From a virus (Duplodnaviria; Caudoviricetes), in IMG/VR virus record IMGVR_UViG_3300035520_001860, positions 1 through 64,000 of that record: DNA of 64,000 nt. One strand, written 5' to 3'. The first letter of the stretch is position 1. The number at the start of each line of letters is the position of its first letter. This document shows, one piece after another, positions 46,236 to 56,500 of this stretch. The notes under the pieces are model-generated. The model was not told the DNA's origin. It saw only the letters and a program-made list of their open reading frames with translations, and made no database searches. The position numbers were made by a program, and so were the translations under genes.

Positions 46236-48517
46236 AAAAGAAGAACATTACAAAAGTAATAGCACTACTAAGTGCATCATCTATGATGTTTACTGGATGT
46301 GGTTCATTTATAAGTGAAGATGTTGCATCATATCCGTTAGCATCATCACTTACATCAGCAGAACTTATTGATTACTATGCAGAGGCATTAGATTATGACT
46401 CTGTTGTAACAAGAAACGTTACTGTGCATGAGACAACATATGTAACAAAAGATATTCAAGGTGAAAAAGCTACAAAACTTGAAGAGTTGTATAAGGCTTG
46501 TGAAGATATATTAGGACAAAGTGAATATGAGCCTACTGAAGATTCATTAAAACTTGTATCTGAGGATACATTCTACTATTTAAAAGGTGTGCTTGACAAT
46601 GAAGTATTATCCAACGGTACTATTAAGAATATAACTGGGGCACTTGGATATTATTTTGTTGATGTTGAATACGATTTAAGTGCAAAAACAGCTGGAACAT
46701 TTACTAATTGGGCACAGTTAGTAGGTTTAAACGGAGCAATTAGTTATAATGCATACTTAGATGAATACTCATTAAACAGTTCATATTCACAAGCAATTTG
46801 TCAGGAAGTAAATGAGTACTTTACTGAAAACAAGGTAAATCAGATATTAACATATGATACAACATCATACGAATTGAATATAGCTGAGGGAGATCCTTCA
46901 ACATACAATGCAACTAATAATACAACATCTACTGTCACTGATACAGAATATGATGATGAAACATCAGGAAGTTCAGGTGGAATTACCATTTTAAATGAGC
47001 CTGGTGACGAAGATGAAACAGATACAGATATTTCAGATATTGAAACAACATCACTTGATGATATAGTAGATGATGATGAAGATACAGTAGCATCTGATGA
47101 TGAAGAGGTTGTAGAAGATGATGAAGATATAATATCTACTGATAATACAACTACAGTAGTTAGTACTGGTGTAGCGGCTACAACAAGCACTGTAATGTCA
47201 ACCTTATCAAGTAGTAGTGGAGCATATACAATAGTAACACCTACTGAAAGAAGAAACTGGTTAGACGTTGGGTTATTAAATAAGTTAGTAGGTTCATCTA
47301 TTGAAAGCAAGGCAACAATGCCAGAACTTTCTCAAGTATATAATATACCTGAAGCAGAAGGTACAATATCAGGATATGGTATTGCAAACTCCGGTTCAAA
47401 CGGATTAAAGATATTTGGATATGACAGAGATAAGTTATCTGGAACAGCAACTTTAAGATATGTGTTTAAAGATGATAGTACAGGTACTGGAGATATATTA
47501 GGAACAAACATTTATGTTACAGAGGAACAGATAACAAACGGTGTTACAGTATCTTCAAGTACACCTTATATAGCAGAGTTCCTTGAGAGTGAATTTGAAC
47601 AGATTGTTGAAAGATCTGACAGAGTTCAAGTTAACTGTGACTTAGCTGGTGCATTATCAAGTGACTTGTATGAAGATATTGGTATTGGGCTACTTATTGG
47701 ATTCAAAGATAAAAATACAAATACAACAAAGTATATGTCAAAAATACGTCAGGTTTTAGGTAGTGATAAATCTAATAATGCTTACTTATTAGAGGTTGAA
47801 ACAACTACAATTGATGGACCAAAGGATATAGATATTTATGGAACATATAAAGAAATTTATTATATTGTAGTTCAGCAGCAGGATACAGAATTTAAGATTA
47901 TTGATATGCTGAGAACATCAAGAACAATGACTCATGAGCCTGACATTGATCCTGATAGCAATATTACAAAGAGATTAATTGCATTGAACCTTGCAGGTGA
48001 AATCAGTGATGATAATAAGACATCAATCAAGAGTTTAATGAGTGCACTGTATACAGCTGGAACAAACAGAATACTGTACGGACCTAAAGATATAGAAGCA
48101 AACGGTGAGACAATAACCATTGAAAAAGGTATGTATGACTGCTTCAGTGATGATACATCAATATTATCAAGTGATGATAAGGAATACATAAACTCTTCTA
48201 TTAGAAGTATATTAACAGGTATACATGGTACTGATACATCAGCATATTACTCTGGAGATGTAGTAGAGTGGATAGGCGGCTATGATAACCAAGCAGAGTT
48301 CGTAACACAAGAAACAGTTACTTACAGTGGATATGATGACTACTACGAAATGACAGTTTACTACTTAGTATCCATTGAGAATGATGAATGGGTAATTGAT
48401 GAAAGAACTGTTATAGATGGTGGACTTGTAGATGGAAGTGGAAATAGTCTTGAAACAGAAGATACAAGCTCAGATGTTTCAACAGAAACAACTGAATCAA
48501 CAGAAGTAACAGAATAA
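46232..48517 (+). CDS. Large lipoprotein, candidate VirB8/TcpC-like with NTF2-type domains
   Basis: Lipobox FTGC; two domain-terminal strand pairs (YIVVQQQDTEFKIID, YYLVSIENDEWVIDE) typical of NTF2-like folds; ATGA overlap with the upstream gene. Confidence 0.55.
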   Translation: MKKKNITKVIALLSASSMMFTGCGSFISEDVASYPLASSLTSAELIDYYAEALDYDSVVTRNVTVHETTYVTKDIQGEKATKLEELYKACEDILGQSEYEPTEDSLKLVSEDTFYYLKGVLDNEVLSNGTIKNITGALGYYFVDVEYDLSAKTAGTFTNWAQLVGLNGAISYNAYLDEYSLNSSYSQAICQEVNEYFTENKVNQILTYDTTSYELNIAEGDPSTYNATNNTTSTVTDTEYDDETSGSSGGITILNEPGDEDETDTDISDIETTSLDDIVDDDEDTVASDDEEVVEDDEDIISTDNTTTVVSTGVAATTSTVMSTLSSSSGAYTIVTPTERRNWLDVGLLNKLVGSSIESKATMPELSQVYNIPEAEGTISGYGIANSGSNGLKIFGYDRDKLSGTATLRYVFKDDSTGTGDILGTNIYVTEEQITNGVTVSSSTPYIAEFLESEFEQIVERSDRVQVNCDLAGALSSDLYEDIGIGLLIGFKDKNTNTTKYMSKIRQVLGSDKSNNAYLLEVETTTIDGPKDIDIYGTYKEIYYIVVQQQDTEFKIIDMLRTSRTMTHEPDIDPDSNITKRLIALNLAGEISDDNKTSIKSLMSALYTAGTNRILYGPKDIEANGETITIEKGMYDCFSDDTSILSSDDKEYINSSIRSILTGIHGTDTSAYYSGDVVEWIGGYDNQAEFVTQETVTYSGYDDYYEMTVYYLVSIENDEWVIDERTVIDGGLVDGSGNSLETEDTSSDVSTETTESTEVTE

Positions 48518-48538
48518 GTACTAAATAAATCAGTATTT

Positions 48539-48570
48539 AAAGAGGTGGATGTTTAATCCACCTCTTTTTT
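48539..48570 (+). terminator. Rho-independent terminator
   Basis: AAAGAGGTGGAT / ATCCACCTCTTT followed by a T-run. Confidence 0.88.
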
Positions 48571-48615
48571 ATATATTATAATAAATTATTTAGTATTTTA
48601 TGAGAGGATAAAGAT

Positions 48616-48786
48616 ATGAGAGATAACAGTACAGAATTAGCAACAAACAGTAATAATTATGCTGTAGATAATTCTAAACTTAGAAATATGACATTAAAAG
48701 AATTGTTAGACACTTTAAAAGATGTAAGAAAAAAGATACATGAGGGCAGCATGTCAAATAAAGAGTTAATAGAGTGCAGATGTTGA
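48616..48786 (+). CDS. Small hypothetical protein (56 aa; absent from the ORF track)
   Basis: GAGAGGA RBS; MRDNSTELATNSNNYAVDNSKLRNMTLKELLDTLKDVRKKIHEGSMSNKELIECRC*. Confidence 0.5.
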   Translation: MRDNSTELATNSNNYAVDNSKLRNMTLKELLDTLKDVRKKIHEGSMSNKELIECRC

Positions 48787-48834
48787 GTTAAAATACATAG
48801 AGTATAACAAAGGAAAGAGAGGAAAAGAACAGTA

Positions 48835-49092
48835 ATGATTGATATTGTAGTACCAACAAGAGTATGGAAAGCAGCAGATATAGTAAGACACTTTAAAGGA
48901 AATATGTACATGATAGTGTGCATCGCAAAAGACAGTACAGATTTAAGAGACAAAGTAGTATATAAACATATAGGTGGAAATGGAGAACTTTGGGTAAGAG
49001 ATTTGGAAGAGTTTAATAGTGAAGTAGACCATGAGAAGTATCCAGATGTAAAGCAGAAATACAGATTTGAACTTGTGGAAACACATGATTAA
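48835..49092 (+). CDS. DUF1653-family protein
   Basis: RHFKGNMY...VVY...LWVR...F.SEVDHEKYPDVKQKYRFE signature. Confidence 0.88.
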   Translation: MIDIVVPTRVWKAADIVRHFKGNMYMIVCIAKDSTDLRDKVVYKHIGGNGELWVRDLEEFNSEVDHEKYPDVKQKYRFELVETHD

Positions 49093-49112
49093 TTAGAGGG
49101 GTAGACAATAAA

Positions 49113-50867
49113 ATGGCAGTACTAAACATAATTAAAAAGGACCTAATACCTAAGTATTATGTGTGTGAATTAAGCAAAGATAAGAGTGTAATTGTACATG
49201 AGAATTTGCTAGATAGTAACTTTACTAAAGTAAGAATGGACAAGAGAACTATAGATTTAACAGAAAGTAAGTTTGGTAATTGGCATGTGCATTATTATCT
49301 TGGGGATAGGAAGTGGTTATGTGAGTGTTCATGTGGTAGGCTATGTGCAGTTATTGGATATAATCTAAGTTCTGGTAGATCAACATCATGTGGGCATGAA
49401 AACTATGATGATTTAACAGGTAAGCGGTTCGGAGATTGGCAGGTACTAGAATATGCAGGAACTGAGCATGGAATGACTAGATGGTTATGTGAGTGTTCAT
49501 GCGGAAATAAAAAAGAGGTATATGCAAAAGTACTTACAAATGGGAGGAGTAAGTCATGTGGACATAGTACTAATGCTTTTAATGACCTTACTGGAAAGCA
49601 ATTTGGAGAATGGAGTGTTTTAGAGTATGAGGGGGACCACTATTATAAGTGTCAATGCTCCTGTGGCAAAATAAAAAGCGTAGCTGGGTATTCTTTAACA
49701 CGAGGAGATAGCTTATCTTGTGGGCATAAATCAGCAGCCTGTAGAAAAGATACAATGATGCAGAGATACGGAGACACAGTTCCTGGAAAAAATAGAGAGC
49801 AATGGCAAATAGATATATTATCATCAAAGGAGATATTGGAAGCTTACATAATACACAAAGGGTATAAGCCAACAGCAGAAGAGTTAGCTAAGGAACTTGG
49901 TATAAATAAAACTAATATGTATAGAAATATACATAAGTATGGTATAGAGAACCTTATACTCATAGACTATAATTCATCTAAATATGAAAGAGAGATTGTA
50001 GAATTACTGAATAGTTGGGGAATATGCAACATTGAGGTTAGAGATAAAAAACATGTACCTGGTTTCGAACTAGATATATACATCCCAGACAAAAAACTAG
50101 CAATAGAGTTTAATGGTAGTTATTGGCACTCAGATTTATATAAAGATAAATACTATCATCAAGAAAAAACAATCGAATGTGCAAAACGACACATACAATT
50201 AATTCACATATTTGAATATGAATGGAATGATAACGATACTAAAGAAAAATTAATTAATCTACTGTATACAAGACTAGTTAACACAAAAAATTATATAGGA
50301 GCAAGGGAAACAGTAGTAACATTTATAGATAGTAGTATAGCAAAAGAATTTTGCAATAAATATCATTTGCATGGGTATAGTAATTCAAGTATAAATATAG
50401 GATGCTATTATAAATCAGATTTAATAGGGGTTTTAACATTTGGAAAACCAAGATTTAACAGTAATTATCAATACGAATTAATAAGACTGTGCTGGAAAGA
50501 TGATATAAAGGTACACGGCGGATTAGAAAAAATGTTTACATTATTTATAAAAAGTTACAATGTAAATAATATTATCAGTTATTGTGATATATCAAAGTTT
50601 AATGGAAATGCATATTTGAGACTTGGTTTTACAGTGCAAAATATAAGTGAGCCAAACTATATATGGTATAATTTAAGTAAAAAAACTAAACTAACAAGAT
50701 ATAAAACTCAGAAACATAAATTAGTAGAGGCAGGATTTGGCGATGCAAACAGTACAGAGTCAGATATAATGGAAGACCTAGACTATGTAAAAATACATGA
50801 TAGTGGAAACTTAGTTTTAGAATGGAGAAATCAAAATGGCAGTCAAAGTACCAACAATATGGAATGA
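49113..50867 (+). CDS. Zn-repeat / HTH / PD-(D/E)XK nuclease / Mom-like GNAT protein, paralog 3 (3 repeats)
   Basis: Three repeats; HTH ELAKELGINKTNM; ELDIYIPDKKLAIEFNGSYWHS; GNAT-like C-terminus. Confidence 0.82.
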   Translation: MAVLNIIKKDLIPKYYVCELSKDKSVIVHENLLDSNFTKVRMDKRTIDLTESKFGNWHVHYYLGDRKWLCECSCGRLCAVIGYNLSSGRSTSCGHENYDDLTGKRFGDWQVLEYAGTEHGMTRWLCECSCGNKKEVYAKVLTNGRSKSCGHSTNAFNDLTGKQFGEWSVLEYEGDHYYKCQCSCGKIKSVAGYSLTRGDSLSCGHKSAACRKDTMMQRYGDTVPGKNREQWQIDILSSKEILEAYIIHKGYKPTAEELAKELGINKTNMYRNIHKYGIENLILIDYNSSKYEREIVELLNSWGICNIEVRDKKHVPGFELDIYIPDKKLAIEFNGSYWHSDLYKDKYYHQEKTIECAKRHIQLIHIFEYEWNDNDTKEKLINLLYTRLVNTKNYIGARETVVTFIDSSIAKEFCNKYHLHGYSNSSINIGCYYKSDLIGVLTFGKPRFNSNYQYELIRLCWKDDIKVHGGLEKMFTLFIKSYNVNNIISYCDISKFNGNAYLRLGFTVQNISEPNYIWYNLSKKTKLTRYKTQKHKLVEAGFGDANSTESDIMEDLDYVKIHDSGNLVLEWRNQNGSQSTNNME

Positions 50868-52467
50868 TATGTATATAGGAAATATGAGTGAACCACAAGC
50901 AGAACTAATAATGCAGACAAGACAATCCAATGTTATTCCAAATTTAAAGAAAATGCTATTTAATTTTCCTTATGAGCTCATACAACAGAGTATAGAAGAA
51001 CAACAAAGTATAAGAAATATAATTAAAAGAGATAATATAGACTATACACAATACATATCAGAATTAAGAGATTACCAAACAGTGGGGACTGCATTCATGT
51101 ATTTATCACCAAGAAGCATAATCGCCGATGGGTGTGGGCTTGGGAAAACTGCTGAGGTCAGCGCTCTTATCAACTGGTTACTTTATAAAGGTGAAATGAC
51201 AAGATTTCTTATGGCTGTTGAAAATAGTGCTGTTGGTCAAACACAGGCTGAAATTATGAGATTTACTGGACTTTATGTCGTTGCATTACCATCAGAGGCA
51301 GCAAAGCTAAAGAAAGTAATAGAGCACACTGATTGGACAAAAGTTGACGGTATTGTAATTAAGCACAGTACATTAAGAAGTGATGCATTCAGTAAATGGT
51401 TAGCACTGAATATCAATTCTGAAGGGCTATGTAATTTATTTGACACTTTCTTTCTTGATGAATCATCAGTAATAAAGAATGATACAACAAAAATGTATCA
51501 GTATACAAAGAACATATGTCAAATAGTCAAGAGAGTTCATCTTATGAACGCTACTACTTTTGAAACTAGCATTGTTGATATTTATAATCAAATTGATATG
51601 ATGGACCAAACACTGTTACCAAAGAAGTGGAGAATAGAAAAAGAGTTCTGTACATTTACACGTACACAGTACTGGACAAAAGAAAATGGCAAAGCTAAAT
51701 TAAACTGGAGGCATGAACGATCTGGATATAAGAATCAAGCAATATTTAAGGAATCATTGAAACTCGTTTATTTTGGCAGATGTAAAGCAGACATTGGCAT
51801 GGATTTACCACATGTTTACAAAGTGTTTGAAGTAGAGCCAACAAATGCTATGAGTGTTGGGTTATCCAAAGGGTATAGATACAGTGAATTACTTAATTGT
51901 CCAAGTCTAATTCCAGAAGCAAACATACCAATGGATAGAAAGAATGTTCCAAAACTTGATAGGTTATGTGACCTTGTAGAGAATGACTTTTCAGATTCAA
52001 GTATAATGATATATTGTTTTCACATAGAGGCACAGAGAGTAATAGCAGATGAACTTGCAAAGATTGGTAGGAAACCAGTAATACTTAATGGAAGTATCAC
52101 AGATTCAAATGAGAGATACAAGATTCAACAAGATTTTAACAATGGGATTTATGATGTAATCATAACAAACATTAAGAAATCATTAAACTTATATGGTGGG
52201 GATGTTTGTATATTTTATAGCATGGAAACAAATCCTAGTAAGTCTTTTCAAATAGCATCTCGTATAGATAGAAATGTCTCTGATGATATAAAAACATTCG
52301 TTATGTTATTGTATAAAGGCACTGATGAGTATAAGTTCTTTACTACAACAGTTAAGCAGCGAGCAAAAGATGCTAGGGATCTTACAATTGATGCTAAAAC
52401 AACAGTAGATTTCTTCTTTGAATCAATGATGGCAGAGGAAACAGCCGAACTAAATGGTAAAGCCTAA
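50836..52467 (+). CDS. SNF2-family helicase/translocase
   Basis: LRDYQ, IIADGCGLGKT, LDES, SLNL, Q..SRIDR motifs. Confidence 0.85.
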   Translation: MAVKVPTIWNDMYIGNMSEPQAELIMQTRQSNVIPNLKKMLFNFPYELIQQSIEEQQSIRNIIKRDNIDYTQYISELRDYQTVGTAFMYLSPRSIIADGCGLGKTAEVSALINWLLYKGEMTRFLMAVENSAVGQTQAEIMRFTGLYVVALPSEAAKLKKVIEHTDWTKVDGIVIKHSTLRSDAFSKWLALNINSEGLCNLFDTFFLDESSVIKNDTTKMYQYTKNICQIVKRVHLMNATTFETSIVDIYNQIDMMDQTLLPKKWRIEKEFCTFTRTQYWTKENGKAKLNWRHERSGYKNQAIFKESLKLVYFGRCKADIGMDLPHVYKVFEVEPTNAMSVGLSKGYRYSELLNCPSLIPEANIPMDRKNVPKLDRLCDLVENDFSDSSIMIYCFHIEAQRVIADELAKIGRKPVILNGSITDSNERYKIQQDFNNGIYDVIITNIKKSLNLYGGDVCIFYSMETNPSKSFQIASRIDRNVSDDIKTFVMLLYKGTDEYKFFTTTVKQRAKDARDLTIDAKTTVDFFFESMMAEETAELNGKA

Positions 52468-52525
52468 TTATAGACTTTTTCAATAAAAAATAGTAATTAA
52501 ACTTTTTAAAGTGGAGGACACAATA

Positions 52526-53305
52526 ATGAGAAACAAAGCATTAAGCTTAATGTTAATAGCATCTATTTCATTATTAACACTTACAGCATGCGGCGGTGAT
52601 GGAAGTACACTTTCCAGTATGAGTAAATCAGAACTCATAGAAGCATATCAACAGTTATCTGCCCAGTATAGCAGTTTAGAAGATGAGTATGAGCAGCTTG
52701 ACTTATCATATGAAGCACTATCTGCAGATGGAACAGTTACTGAAGCAATCACAACAACTGGTGATGGAACAGGAAGATTTACATTTAACTCAACTGATTC
52801 TAAGATAATTTTTCCAAATTCATTTGTATATCCGAACTCTACTACTATAGTTCCTGACGGAAAAATTAACATCACAAGTTCTGTAGCAATATCACCATCA
52901 TCATCTTGGATTTCAAGAATAAATGGTTCAGCGCTGGAGATTGAGCAGACAGTAAATAGTATATCTGGAACAATCAAGATAAATGCTGTTGAAGATGAAG
53001 TAGACGTTGATTCATTACAGACAGACGTTTTGGAAGAGTGGTTTGACAATGATATAGCATACAGTGGTGTAACATATTCTGATATATTTATTGATGAAGA
53101 CCCGTGTGGAAAACAAGCAGAAACACCTATTTTGATAGATAGTGAAAATGCTTATTTGATTTGCGGTATGGCTGCATACAATGAATATTCTGTAACATAC
53201 GTATTTGTTTATAGAGGAAATCAGGATGCAACAAAGACAGAACTCATTAAGAACTTGATAAATACAATATCAATAAACGGAGATTATCTGTTAGTACAAA
53301 ACTAA
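52526..53305 (+). CDS. Lipoprotein with N-terminal coiled coil
   Basis: Lipobox LTAC; GGAGG RBS before ATG 52526. Confidence 0.75.
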   Translation: MRNKALSLMLIASISLLTLTACGGDGSTLSSMSKSELIEAYQQLSAQYSSLEDEYEQLDLSYEALSADGTVTEAITTTGDGTGRFTFNSTDSKIIFPNSFVYPNSTTIVPDGKINITSSVAISPSSSWISRINGSALEIEQTVNSISGTIKINAVEDEVDVDSLQTDVLEEWFDNDIAYSGVTYSDIFIDEDPCGKQAETPILIDSENAYLICGMAAYNEYSVTYVFVYRGNQDATKTELIKNLINTISINGDYLLVQN

Positions 53306-53404
53306 TAAACAGATTTAATTATAAGTACTGTGAAGATAATTTGCAGTACTTATAATTTTGCTTTTTAGTATATTAAGGAAAGATAAATTTTTAAGGAGAC
53401 AAAA

Positions 53405-54544
53405 ATGGATTTTTTGGATAATACATTTGAAGAAATGGGCATAACAACTGAAGAAGTATCTGAAACAAATAAAAAGCTTCAGAACGAATGTAAAGAAGTT
53501 GGTATGCAAGTAACTGAAAGTATAGATAATTCAGAAAATCATCAGCAACATAAAATATTCTATGGAATATCAAAAGATGATAGAGAGCAAGCAGTAAAAG
53601 AATTTATCATACCAAAAGCATATATGAATGCATCATTTAGTTCAGAACGTATTCGTGATAATTTAAGAGAATTATACCCAAGAGATTCAAGAAGAACACG
53701 TGGATTTGATGAATATGAAGCAACTTGTAATGGTATTTTATCATCTATAAGAATGAAAAACCTACCAGATAAAAGTTACATCATAGGTGCTCCTAACGGA
53801 TTTGGAAAGAACAGCTTCGTAACAGAGTGCTTAATAACACTTCGTAAACATGGGTTTAATACAGTTCCATACATTTCATTAAATGAATTAGCAGATATAT
53901 CTAATGAAAATGATATCAGAATACAGAGGTCTGAATCAGATTTTATTAGAAGAAGCAGTGACACAAATGATAAAAACATTGTATATTTATTAGATGTTTT
54001 GAAGAGACTTGGTTCACTTGAAGCATTAACAGAAATGAAAAATAATGGAACACTTGATAAGATGGTTGAAAATAAAATATGTAATCCTACACAAGTGGCA
54101 GTTGTGAAGAAAGTATTAAGTGATACAAGTGAAAGAGATACATATGGCAAGCCTAAAATTAAGAATACATATATGTATTTAAAAACTCCAGAAGTAATAA
54201 CAGGTAGATACAGTTACAGTGAGTACATTAACGCGGATTGTTTGTTTGTATTCACTACTGGAATACTTAAAAAAGATATAGAATCAAAAATTTTATATCA
54301 ATTGTTAAATATTAGAGGCGCTAAGGGGTTACCTACAATAGTAATGGTGTCAACATCATTAGATGTGTATACAATGGATAGAAAATTAAAAGAGCAGATA
54401 TGGGATGAAATATTGGCATATTCAGAAAAACAGTACTGTTATGATAGATTATACCACGTGTCATGTTATAGGGATAAAGTTGGAACATCTAAACTTGATG
54501 ACAAAGGAAAAGCTGTTGAACCGGATACTGGAATAGTTCATTAA
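53405..54544 (+). CDS. DnaC/IstB-like AAA+ ATPase (divergent, with a large insert)
   Basis: IPKAYMNASF, GAPNGFGKN P-loop, ADCLFV, LLNIRGAKGLPTIV. Confidence 0.6.
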   Translation: MDFLDNTFEEMGITTEEVSETNKKLQNECKEVGMQVTESIDNSENHQQHKIFYGISKDDREQAVKEFIIPKAYMNASFSSERIRDNLRELYPRDSRRTRGFDEYEATCNGILSSIRMKNLPDKSYIIGAPNGFGKNSFVTECLITLRKHGFNTVPYISLNELADISNENDIRIQRSESDFIRRSSDTNDKNIVYLLDVLKRLGSLEALTEMKNNGTLDKMVENKICNPTQVAVVKKVLSDTSERDTYGKPKIKNTYMYLKTPEVITGRYSYSEYINADCLFVFTTGILKKDIESKILYQLLNIRGAKGLPTIVMVSTSLDVYTMDRKLKEQIWDEILAYSEKQYCYDRLYHVSCYRDKVGTSKLDDKGKAVEPDTGIVH

Positions 54545-54852
54545 TGGAGAGGAACATCAGCATGAAGATTAATAAAAGTGAACATGTAAGATGCCCCTGG
54601 TGTATAAAAATAAGTACACTTGAAACATGGGAGAATTTGACATATAGTAAATGTACTAATCGAGAGATGAGGAGAGACTATACACATTTATATGATAGTA
54701 AAGCATTTAGTAGAAATACAGAAGCATACTATATGTGTCCTAAGTGTGGAAAATGGAGCAAAGGAAGCCAGCTAAAAATCGTAGATACAGAGTATGAAGC
54801 ATTACAAAAACTAGGTGGAGAACCATTAATTAAAACTAATAAAAAACAGTAG
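54544..54852 (+). CDS. Small zinc-finger protein
   Basis: CPWC...CPKC; TAATG overlap with the upstream ATPase. Confidence 0.7.
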   Translation: MERNISMKINKSEHVRCPWCIKISTLETWENLTYSKCTNREMRRDYTHLYDSKAFSRNTEAYYMCPKCGKWSKGSQLKIVDTEYEALQKLGGEPLIKTNKKQ

Positions 54853-54886
54853 TAGCAATATGATAGTAAACAATCATTATAAACAA

Positions 54887-54926
54887 AAAATAAACTAGTT
54901 AGGAATAGACCTGACTAGTTTATTTT
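54887..54926. terminator. Bidirectional terminator-like hairpin
   Basis: AAAATAAACTAGTTAGG / CCTGACTAGTTTATTTT. Confidence 0.7.
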
Positions 54927-55114
54927 ATACTCAAAAATAAGTTAAAAGTTTTAAACTAGTTTTGAAAAAGCAAGAACTAGTTTGAAGTTTTGCTATGACA
55001 ATTAAAGATACTCATAATTTACAATTTAAAGTCTTTTTTGATAGGCACTCAAAGATACATTGGTATGAAAATTGGGTAACAATTAAAAAATTGATTAAGG
55101 ATAAGGTGGTTCAA

Positions 55115-56029
55115 ATGATTAATCCTAACGTACATTATAGTGTGACTGGCAGATATATGGATGGTCAAAAGATAATTGGGTATCACTTAGTAGGTGAAGA
55201 TGGAAGCCAGTCTCAAGAGAGTAAAGATAGAGTAATATACTTAATAAAACAAGATATAATCACTAACATGAGAGTTCAAACAGGACCAGATGGTGATATT
55301 ATACTTAGAGGAAAAGGAATAAACCTTAATAAATTACCTGTATATGACCCAAATAAGGATAAATATCGTAATACAGAGAGTTCACAAACAGTAGCAAATA
55401 CACATGTTAGTACTAAAAATTCAACAGTACAAGGTGCAAGTCCAATGGGACAGTACACAATAGTACGAAGAATAATGTTTAAGAGTCAGTGTCTTGGATA
55501 TGAATTGAGAGATCATAGTGGACAGGTAATAAGAAAGAAAAGAGCAGACGTTATAAAATTAGCAGCACAGAGATTAATTAGTAACGCAATAGCACAGAGA
55601 TATACAAGAGAGGGAAGTGGAACAACTGAACTTATTCTGAGAGGTCAAGGGTGTGATTTAAACAAGTTACCTATATTGATTGTAAATGAACAGGGTAAAA
55701 TAGTTGATCCAACTAAAGACACTAGTGGACTTACAGTTAGAAGCGCTTACATGAAACATAGTGGAGTAATCATAGATACTATACATGATAAGAAAGTTCC
55801 TTTCAAAGCTGGAGACTTTATTATTTGTGGACCTAACGGTGAAATATTAATAAAGGACAGAGGAAGTGTAGAAAGGGAGTATAGAAAAGATACTGAGAGT
55901 CAAAGTGCAGTATGTGATGATTACTTAAGTATAACTAAGAGCTACTTTATTGAGGTATTTGGTAACAAACCGATTCAATTATCAGATCAGTTTGTTAGGA
56001 GATGGATTATACTAAAGCCCGCGAGTTAA
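55115..56029 (+). CDS. Hypothetical protein with an internally duplicated ~75-aa domain
   Basis: Two copies of Y...R......GY.L....G......VI.L.....I.N...Q......ILRG.G..LNKLP; AAGGTGG RBS favours ATG 55115. Confidence 0.75.
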   Translation: MINPNVHYSVTGRYMDGQKIIGYHLVGEDGSQSQESKDRVIYLIKQDIITNMRVQTGPDGDIILRGKGINLNKLPVYDPNKDKYRNTESSQTVANTHVSTKNSTVQGASPMGQYTIVRRIMFKSQCLGYELRDHSGQVIRKKRADVIKLAAQRLISNAIAQRYTREGSGTTELILRGQGCDLNKLPILIVNEQGKIVDPTKDTSGLTVRSAYMKHSGVIIDTIHDKKVPFKAGDFIICGPNGEILIKDRGSVEREYRKDTESQSAVCDDYLSITKSYFIEVFGNKPIQLSDQFVRRWIILKPAS

Positions 56030-56050
56030 GAATGGACATAAATAATTGAG

Positions 56051-56093
56051 AATAAATAGCATCTAGCATTTTAGCTGGGTGCTATTTATTTTT
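56051..56093 (+). terminator. Rho-independent terminator
   Basis: AATAAATAGCATCTAGC / GCTGGGTGCTATTTATT followed by TTT. Confidence 0.85.
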
Positions 56094-56500
56094 GTGTAAA
56101 ATAACCTATTAGTATAGCAGTAGTGTACTATTAAAAAACAATTTACAGTGTTCCTACAATTTTTAAAAATTATAATCATAAATAATAGATTAGTGGTTAA
56201 TAAAAATTAAAAATTTAACAACAAAATACTATTTTACAGCGTCAAACAATTAATATATGTAGCATTTGGTAAAAATTGAGTAAGCACCAAAGGTTAAAAT
56301 TTTGGGTTGATTTTTGAAAAAATTTCTGTGTAGGTTAATTTGAAAAGATTATGAGATAATATACTATTACAAGACTGTAGTACAAAACATATTAGCAATT
56401 TTACTATTTTAAATACCAATTACAAATAAATATAACCTAAATAAATACAGTTTTATATGATAGGTAGTTTTAATTTTTACATTTTATTATGGAGAATACT

